Source: Fonticula alba ATCC 38817
Lineage: Eukaryota > Protista > Nucleariida
DNA length: 40,087 nucleotides
Assembly (NCBI GenBank): GCA_000388065.2
Contig: KB932204.1
Strand: one strand, 5' to 3'
The notes below the pieces were generated by a model. It was not told the DNA's origin. It saw nothing but the letters and a program-made list of their open reading frames with translations, and ran no database searches. This document shows positions 31,774 through 40,087 of the stretch, piece after piece (position 1 is the stretch's first letter; each line of letters opens with the position of its first letter). A program made the translations under genes and the position numbers.

Positions 31774-33837
31774 TCAGTCAGTTAAACGGGCGACTGAGGG
31801 GTAAGCCGCGGGGGGGGAGGGCGAGCGCGAACGCGAGCGACGCGGGCAAGGTGGCCGGGCGGCCCTCGCACCAGGGAAATGCCCCTCCACCGGGTGTCCC
31901 CCCCCGCCCTCGAGGCCGAAGAGGTAGTGATGGAAGGCCGGGTCGTGAGCCCCGTCATCATCGGCGCCGGGGGCCCGGCTGACGCCGGCGTCAAGAAGAC
32001 CCCCGCCACCGAGGAAGTCCGCCACGGCGGCCACACCTCCGCCGGGGGTGCCGGGCTGCCGGGGCACCGGCGTGAGGCCCTCAAGGGCGCCGGAGCTCTT
32101 GGCTGCCGGCCCGGCATCCATCGGGCAGCCTCCGGTCCGGTGAACGGCCACTCCCTGTTGCTGGTGGGGGTGGGGGTGCTGGCGCAGGGGGGCATCTGCC
32201 GCCTGGTGGGAATAGGCACAGGGTGGGGCCCGGGCAAGGTGGCGGCCATCGGCGGCCGGCTGCTGGGCCACGTGCGCCGGCGGGTGCCGAAGTTGCCGGG
32301 GCTGCTGCTGCTGCTGCATGCGCTGCTGAGCTGGCTGAGGGGCGCACTCTTCGGTGGTGGCATCACCGGCGTCGGCGCCCGTGCCAAGGTGGGCACTTGC
32401 CCCTCCCGAGCCGGGGCGCAGCTGAAGGGCGTCGGGGCCATGCGGCGAGGCGGCGTGCGCCCCGGTAGGCGGGGTCCCGGCACGGTGCGAAGCACTGGGC
32501 GCCGTGTGGAAGTCCCCTCCGCCGGCTGGCGTGTCGGCCCCATAGCCGGGCGAGTGGTGTGACGGGCGGTGCGGCGGGTGCAGGAGGCGGGAGTGCGAGT
32601 GCCCGCCCAGCAGCAGGGACCCGGCGCCATTGGCCAGGCCTAGGCCGGGGTCCGTGGCGCCGGCCATGCCGGGCCCCGGCCCGCCGACAAACGACGGCAG
32701 GTAGGTCCCGGGATCGGCATCGGCCGCGGCCGAGCCAGCATCAAGGACGAAGGCGTAGTGTGCGGCCGGCCGGCCGGCCGCGCTCGAGGGCAGGCAGCGC
32801 TCCAGGCCCCCGGGGACATGGTCATTGGCCGACGCGGTGTCGTGGCCTGGATGGTGCATGGCCACGCGCCCACACGCACATGCGCACACCCCCCATCCCC
32901 CAAGGCAGCAGGTCGGGTTGGAGACAGGGGTTAGGCTCCACGGCGGACGGGCTAGAAGGATCAGGAGCGGGGGGGGGGGGGGGGGGGGGGGGGGACGAGG
33001 CGGGGGCCCGCTCAAAAACAGGAGCCCCCCCATGCCGGGCGGGGGCGGCAACGCACCAGATGCCGGGGCAGCAGCACTGGTGGTGGCCGAGGAGGCGGAG
33101 GCGCCGCCGGAGGCGGAGGCCGAAGGGGTGATCGGCGGAGACGAGGACGCGGTGGCCGCCGGGTCGCCCGCACTCGGCAGGCAGCCCCCCTCGTCATCGG
33201 GCCCGGCGCCGCCGCCCATGAAGAAGAAGGCGTCGCCGGCCATCCAGCTCCGGTCGTCCGGCCCGGCCAGCCCACCGGACAGGTGCTCCTCGCCGAGGGG
33301 GCTGCCGCCGGGGCCCCCCCCGTTGCCGGCCACCGACCCGAGCATCTGGCACCGGGGGGGGTGCTCCTCGACCGGGGTCGCGGCGTTGCTGGCCGAGTGG
33401 TGGGCCATCATGCCGGCGGTGTGGGGGTGGCCCGGCGGCGGCGGCGGCATGCCGGCCGGCCGGCCGCCGACATGCGGCGCGCCCCCCGCCACACCGTGTC
33501 CCAGGGATCCCCCATGGTCGCCGGGGCCTTCTCCCCACACGGCCGACTCCGGCCCGACCAAGGTGGCCGACAGGCCGGCATGGCCACGATGGTGGAAGTC
33601 CCCCGCCAGCCCGTCGAGGGCGAGGGCCAGCCCCGGCGCCGGGGGCCGGCCGGCGTCGGCACCCGGGGCCCCGGTGCTGACGAAGCCGCCTGCCCCCGTG
33701 CCAACGGCGTCGGCGCACTCCAGCCGGCCGGTCGGGCAGCTGGATGGCACATCGCTCGCACAGCCGGGCCCCACAGTGGCCATGCCCTCCAGCGGGGGGG
33801 TGTCGTCGCCGATGTCGGAGGAGGCCGGCGGCTGGGC

Positions 33838-33868
<31 letters not shown>

Positions 33869-33910
33869 TGCTGCTGGGCGGCTTGCATCGGGGGCGGCAG
33901 GTCGCCGGGA

Positions 33911-33947
<37 letters not shown>

Positions 33948-35347
33948 AGCCCGGGCCCTTGGCCATCACTGTCGGCCCGGGCCCGGCACTGACGGGGGTC
34001 AGGGCAAAGTGCGCGGCATGGCCGCCGGCGGTGCTCGGCCGCAGGGGGGCCGACACCCGCAGGATGGTGGTGCTGATTTCCTCCTCGCCCGGGCCGACCG
34101 GGAGGATGGTGCCTCCCGGGCCGACGGCGCCCCCGGCCGCTTGGATGATGGTGCTGTCGCTCTGGGGCGAGAGGATGTGCGTCGGGCAGCCGGCCAGCTC
34201 GGCCGGATGGTCGTGCCCGGGCCCGGTGGCGCCGGCGCCGACGGCCACCGGCTGAAGGAGGACCCCCTGCCCGGCCGAGCTGCCGGCAGCACCCGGCACC
34301 GACACCAGCAGGTGCGGCAGGAAGGGCGGCGTATGCAGCGACCCGCCCCCCTGATCGCCGGCCGACACCGGCGAGTGCTCCTCATTCGGCGAGGGGGTCA
34401 CCAGCTCCAGGGCGCTGCTGAATTGCTCGCGACCGATGGCCGCACCCCCGACGAGCGGCGGCAAGTCCTTCCATGGCTGCTGCTGCTGGTGCTGCTGCTT
34501 GGCCCGGGCCCCGGTGGCTGCGGACGGGATCTCCGGCCTCGGTGGAGGTCTGGCCCGGTGGGCCAGCGGCTGCTGGAGGTGCCCGACGGCCGGCATGCCG
34601 GCCGCCAGGTGGCCGCCCGGCCCCAGCCCCTGCGCGGTCAGGAGCACATGGCCGTGCGGCGGGTGGTGCCCCGCCGCCGCCGCCGCCGCCGCCGCCGGGT
34701 GAAGCATCGGCCCCGGGCCCGGGAGGTGGTGCTGGTGCTGGAGGTAGTGCTGGCCATGGGCCTGGGCAGCGGGGTGTTGCGCGTGCGCGTGCGCGTGCGC
34801 GTGCCCCTGGCCATGTCCATGCGCATGGCTCGGGTGGATGTGCCCATGATGATGATGCGGCAGCCCGGCCCCCAGGCCGGCCAGGTGCAGTGACTGCTGC
34901 TCCAGCTCGCCCTCGCCCCCGACATGCGGCGTGGCCGTCGGCGTCGGGAAGCTGAAGAGGTCCCCGGGGCCGGGCCCGGGCCCGGCGCCCGGGGTCAGAG
35001 GGCTCAGCCGGTCGGACGAGGCGCTGGTCGAGAGAAGGCCACCGGCCAGCGGCAGGGCCAGGTGCCCGGGCACAAGCCCACCCCCATGTCGAGCTGCATA
35101 CTCCTCGGCCGGGTGCCAGACGGCCGTGTCGGCGTTGGCCCGGTCCCCGAGCCCGGCCGGCCCGCCGGCCGCCGGGGCATCCAGGTAGAAGAAGTCCCCG
35201 GGGCCGGCTTGGTGGTCGGCCGCCGGGTCGTAGGAACTGCCGCTGGCCTGCGGCTGGTGGTGCTGTTGAACGGCCGAGGCGCTGAGGCCCGGGTGACCGC
35301 CGAAGTCCCCGGCGTCGGCAGCATAGCCCTGATGCGGCTGCAGCTGG

Positions 35348-35392
<45 letters not shown>

Positions 35393-37048
35393 GCCTGGAG
35401 GTGCTGGTGCTCCGGCGCGCGGATGTGGTACATGCGTTGTGGCGGGGCGTCTGCCTCGGCCGTGGTCAAGACATCCGCCGGGCCGCCAGACAAGAAGCCG
35501 GTATCTCCGAAGGAGACGGCCTCCTCACCGGCATGCAGGTGGCCCGAGTACTGAAGCCCCGGGTGGTGCACAGGCTGTCCCTGCTGCGACTGCTGCTGCG
35601 ACTGCTGTTGTTGCTGGTGCTGCTGCTGCTGCTGCTGCGGCGGCGGCGGCGGCGGCGGCTGCTGGTGGTGATGGTGGTGGTGATGGTGGTGCTCTCGCTG
35701 CTGCGGCTGCTGGGACCGAGCAGCAGCATGACCGCCGTTGGACAACCCGGGCCCCGGGCCGTTGGCGAAGGCCCCGGCGTAAGAGTGGCCCGGGTGTGAG
35801 GGGAGAAGCTGCTGCGGCTGCGGCTGCGGCTGCGGCTGCGGCTGCGGCTGCTGCGGCTGCTGCGGGAAGCCCAAGGACGCGCTGCCGGAGCCGGCGGCCA
35901 TGGACGCGGCCACCGTGGATGTGGAGGACGCGGCGGCCGCCGCGGCCGCGGCCGCCGCCGCCGCAGCCATGCCGATCCCCGGCAGCGAGCCAATGTACTT
36001 GTTCAAGGACCCCAGGTACGAGGAGGACAAGTGGTTGAGGTAGCTGCCGGCCGGGCCGCCGGCCGGGCCGCCGGGGCCCACCGAGCCGGCCGGGCCGCCC
36101 CCGGCCCCGGGCCCGGCCCCCACCTCGGCCAGCTTGCCCAGGGTGTGGCTGCTGTACATGTCGGCCAGGGCCGCCAGGCCGGAGTTGGTGGACAGGAACC
36201 CGGCCCCGACATGCGGCACGCCGCCGGCCCCGCGTGCACACGACAGGATGGCATTGTTGGAAATAATTTGGGCGGAGGAGGCCCGCCGGCGCTTCTTGAT
36301 GGTGTTCTGCCGCATGGTGACCGGCCGGTCGCAGCCCTTCAGCCGCCGGTACAAGCCGCACGCATTGCAAATGTACCTCCCTTGGCCATCGCGCCGCCAG
36401 AGGGAGGTCACCGAGGTGTTGCAGTTGTGGCAGCTGCGCTCGGCCTTCGGCGTGTCGCGCATGGAGCCGCCGTGCGCCGGACCGGTGGCCGCCAAGCCGC
36501 CGGGCCCGGGGTCCCCGTCGTCGGGATTACCGGCCAGCTGGCCGCCGCCGGCGGCCACGCCCAGGCCGGCCATTTCGTCGTCCATATGTCCGCCCCCGAC
36601 CAGGGCCCCATCGGCGTAGGCCACGTTGGCCATGCTGTAGACACTGGAGCCTGGGGGTCATGCCAACAGCGGGTCAGTGGGCCGTGTGCGGCCACGGGCA
36701 TGCATGTGCATGCGCAGGTGGCGGTGGGATCTCTGGCCCGGCGGACCACGGGTCCGCCCCGGCCCCCGGTCCTGCGGGCTAATGCCCCGACAGCCGGCTC
36801 CAGGGGCGGGCGCGCGTGCGTGCGGGCGTGCGTGCGGGTGGGCGGGCATACATGCGTGTGCGTGTGCGTGTGTGTGTGTGTGTGTGTACATGTGCGTACG
36901 CGCATATGTGTGTGGGGGGGGTGGGCGGGCAGAAGTGGGAGCTGGCAAACGCACTGGGGGTTCCGCTCGCCCCGGGGTCAATCGGCCGCCAGACTTGCAG
37001 CTGGTTTGGGGCCTCCTCTTTCATGGAGAAGGCGTCGGCCATGGCCAT
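31774..37048 (-). CDS. GATA-type zinc-finger transcription factor with long Gln/His/Ala/Gly low-complexity tail (about 1586 aa; exons 37048-36955, 36650-33057, 32846-31774)
   Basis: CHNCNTSVTSLWRRDGQGRYICNACGLY is a C-x2-C-x17-C-x2-C finger, followed by the basic tail RPVTMRQNTIKKRRR (about 36280-36430). Two gtgcgt introns are phase-consistent (4761 nt). The exon 1 assignment is less certain than the finger. Confidence 0.85.
35341..35830 (-). repeat. Coding CAG/CAC/CCG trinucleotide tracts encoding polyQ, polyH, polyP and (QP)n in the GATA factor
   Basis: (ctg)n, (gtg)n, (cgg)n and (cggctg)n runs on the + strand are in frame with the minus-strand CDS. Confidence 0.9.
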
Positions 37049-37547
37049 GGTTCAGGCGGGGGAAGGGCAGGAAGGGGTATTGGCTGGTGGTGACACCGAG
37101 GCAAGGCGCGTGTGCGGTCGCGCGCGGGCCGGTGCAAGAACGCGCTCAGAGCCTGGGGCAGTGGCGGCCACCCGGCCGTGGCGGACCCCCCGCAGGATGC
37201 CGGCGGCCAGTGTGTGTTAGGGCATGGCGCGGAGGCGGCGTGGGATCGTGCGGGCACGCCAGGTGCTCGGATGTGTGTGCGCGCGCGTGTGTGCGTGCGT
37301 GTGTGTGTGTGTGCGTGTGTGTGTGTGCGTGTCTCTGTGCCCTGTGGCACGTACTCTGTGCGGCAGGCGGGCTAGGGGAAGAGGCCGGTGGGGGGGATGG
37401 CGGTGATCGGGCAAGGCAGGCGATGGGCCAGCTTCGAGCCTGTCGGTCCGTGGCTTGGGCACTGGGGCTGCGTGTGGCCGGCGGCAGCGGGGCATGGCAG
37501 GGGGCGATGGTGAGTTGCTCTCTGGATGGGCTGGGGCNNNNNNNNNN

Positions 37548-37698
37548 GGTGGGGGGGATGGCGGTGATCGGGCAAGGCAGGCGATGGGCCAGCTTCGAGC
37601 CTGTCGGTCCGTGGCTTGGGCACTGGGGCTGCGTGTGGCCGGCGGCAGCGGGGCATGGCAGGGGGCGATGGTGAGTTGCTCTCTGGATGGGCTGGGGC
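37548..37698 (+). repeat. 151-bp direct copy of 37387-37537 across a 10-N gap
   Basis: The same sequence lies on both sides of gap 37538-37547. Confidence 0.9.
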
Positions 37699-40087
37699 TG
37701 AGGGGGTGACCGGGGGAAGGGGAGGGGGGGGGGGGGGGGGCAACAGCCCCTAGGATGTGGCCCATGACCGGACCAGACCCGTGTGCCATGCTTGCGTGCG
37801 TGCATGCGAGCAGGGCACACCATGCCAGGCCGGCGGAGCGACAGGGGCGAGGAGACACTGGCCGGCCGGCCGGCCGGCCGTCTCCCGGCCGGCTGAGGCA
37901 GACGTACATGCGGCTGGCCGGGGCAATGCGCCGGCCCGGGATGGTGCGTCAGAGACCGGGCTTCTGCGCGGCGATCAGGGCCTTCCCTCTCTCGCTCGGT
38001 CTTCTTGGCCGGTGGCAGGAGCACACGCTCACACCGAGGCGCGGAACAGGGGGGTCCCCGGGCGGAGGGCGCACTGGGCGAGGGGGCGCAAGCGGAGCGC
38101 TGCGCAAGCGGAGATGTGCCAGGGCGCGCGCACACGCGAGGGCGCAACACGGACGCAGGCAGAGAAGGCCAAGGTGGCGTGGCGAGGAAGGCGGTGGGAG
38201 CGGGCGCGGGAGCGAGCACGAGGGAGAGGCAGGCGCGAGGGGGCGGGGTGGGAGGGAGCGGGGGTCTGTTGCCGCGCCCAATCGAGTGCCGGGGGAGGGC
38301 CAAGTGGCCGAAAAGTTGGGCCCCGTCCGCGGGGGCCCCGGGCGGGCCACGAGCACCAAAAGATCCGAGCACCTCACCCCGCCACGGGCAGTGGAGCCGG
38401 CTCGTGGCCGAAGCGTGCACACGGGCGCCCCGCCCCCCTCCCCCCCCCCTCTGGCGCACCCGCGGGTCGGGCCCGGGGGTGGGGCGGAGGGGGCGATCCT
38501 CGGGTGCCAGGCGTGCAAGCCCACGCCGCAGGTCGCACTCCATCCGGCAAGCAGGCGACCCGAGGGCCACAGGGGCCGGGACCAGCGGACAACAAGGCGC
38601 CACCATGCACAAGCTCGCCCGCGGCTCGGGCCCCGCCCCTCGAAGGCCGAGGTGCTCGTGCGCCTGGTGCGAGACCGGGGACAGAGGGCATGGCCTGCCT
38701 CACTCCCCCCCCCCCCCCCCCCCCCCCCCCCCNNNNNNNNNNNNNNNNNNNNNNNNNNNNNNNNNNNNNNNNNNNNNNNNNNNNNNNNNNNNNNNNNNNN
38801 NNNNNNNNNNNNNNNNNNNNNNNNNNNNNNNNNNNNNNNNNNNNNNNNNNNNNNNNNNNNNNNNNNNNNNNNNNNNNNNNNNNNNNNNNNNNNNNNNNNN
38901 NNNNNNNNNNNNNNNNNNNNNNNNNNNNNNNNNNNNNNNNNNNNNNNNNNNNNNNNNNNNNNNNNNNNNNNNNNNNNNNNNNNNNNNNNNNNNNNNNNNN
39001 NNNNNNNNNNNNNNNNNNNNNNNNNNNNNNNNNNNNNNNNNNNNNNNNNNNNNNNNNNNNNNNNNNNNNNNNNNNNNNNNNNNNNNNNNNNNNNNNNNNN
39101 NNNNNNNNNNNNNNNNNNNNNNNNNNNNNNNNNNNNNNNNNNNNNNNNNNNNNNNNNNNNNNNNNNNNNNNNNNNNNNNNNNNNNNNNNNNNNNNNNNNN
39201 NNNNNNNNNNNNNNNNNNNNNNNNNNNNNNNNNNNNNNNNNNNNNNNNNNNNNNNNNNNNNNNNNNNNNNNNNNNNNNNNNNNNNNNNNNNNNNNNNNNN
39301 NNNNNNNNNNNNNNNNNNNNNNNNNNNNNNNNNNNNNNNNNNNNNNNNNNNNNNNNNNNNNNNNNNNNNNNNNNNNNNNNNNNNNNNNNNNNNNNNNNNN
39401 NNNNNNNNNNNNNNNNNNNNNNNNNNNNNNNNNNNNNNNNNNNNNNNNNNNNNNNNNNNNNNNNNNNNNNNNNNNNNNNNNNNNNNNNGGGGAGAGGGGG
39501 CGGGGAACATCGAGGGTCACGCGGGGACCGCAGGGACTCCCGAGTCGCCGGCCGCCGGTGGTCCTGCACTTTGTGCGGGAGTGAGCGCCCGACGCACAAG
39601 ATGGCCGGCCGCTCCGGCGACTCCACCAACCGTGACAACACAAACGGCCCCGCAGCCGCCACATCTCTGCCCACGCCTCCCCGTGCGCACAGGGCCTTGC
39701 CTCCTTTGCTCGTGCCAATTCCCAGCGGGCGCACGCGGAACGGCCCACGAGCGCCCCCCCCCCCTTCCGGGTCCCCCTTTTCCTGTCTCTTGCGGCCTGG
39801 ACCCACGGAGAGACGCCAAAGGGGGGGGGGGGGGGGGGGTGGCGGGAGGTCGGGCCACGAAAGTCCACCGATCGACCATGCCTGTCCTGCTCTGGTGTGT
39901 CTTTCCTCCTTTCCGGATCTCCCTGTTATGAGACATGCCTAGGCCCGGGTCCTCCATATGTGTCAGCCAGCCATAGACACACACACACGCACACACACAC
40001 ACACACACACACCGCCAGACGGCGGCGGGCCCGGTCGACCGGGCTTTCTCGAGCTCTGTGCCCTGTGGCACGTACTCTGTGCGGCAG

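Noticed and set aside
37900-38060. gtgcgt donor near 37943 with a cag acceptor near 38018
   Set aside because: No coherent protein emerges in any phase. It may be a UTR intron or a chance match.
39601-39830. Possible gene start MAGRSGDSTNRD with a gtgcgc donor at 39683
   Set aside because: The implied intron is only 43 nt, whereas the gap-free mapped introns are 107-304 nt. There is no homology and the region is next to a gap and a chimeric join.
1-40087. tRNA, rRNA, snRNA or CRISPR arrays
   Set aside because: No cloverleaf with a T-loop consensus, rRNA-like segment or regularly spaced repeat-spacer array was seen by eye. A covariance-model scan was not possible.

Overview
This is very GC-rich, intron-containing eukaryotic genomic DNA from a gapped draft assembly. 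It is probably a unicellular opisthokont; the receptor-like TKL kinase style and gene mix suggest a Fonticula-like amoeba, which is an inference only. Most ORFs in the six-frame track are GC-driven noise. Manual splice-phase reconstruction gives eight genes: (1) UDP-glucose 6-dehydrogenase with its two halves in the wrong order; (2) an orphan 622-aa protein with an FFAT motif; (3) an atypical G-protein alpha subunit; (4) a partial uridine-cytidine kinase; (5) an INCENP-like protein on the minus strand; (6) an ARH1-type ADP-ribosylarginine hydrolase; (7) a single-pass receptor-like TKL kinase with EGF/sushi/FN3-like ectodomain on the minus strand; (8) a 1586-aa single-finger GATA factor on the minus strand. 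The most interesting signals are these. The 5' splice-site consensus is GT(G/A)CG(T/C), with 14 of 22 introns exactly GTGCGT and none GTRAGT, and introns carry strand-oriented poly-C tracts. The G-alpha has a natural Ser at the A326-equivalent position and lacks a typical alphaN helix and receptor-coupling tail. The INCENP has no SAH domain. The ARH1 carries a myristoylation-type N-terminus. Several short duplications and roughly 34-nt chimeric joins are best explained as assembly or jump-library artefacts. No tRNA, rRNA, CRISPR array or mobile element could be supported.
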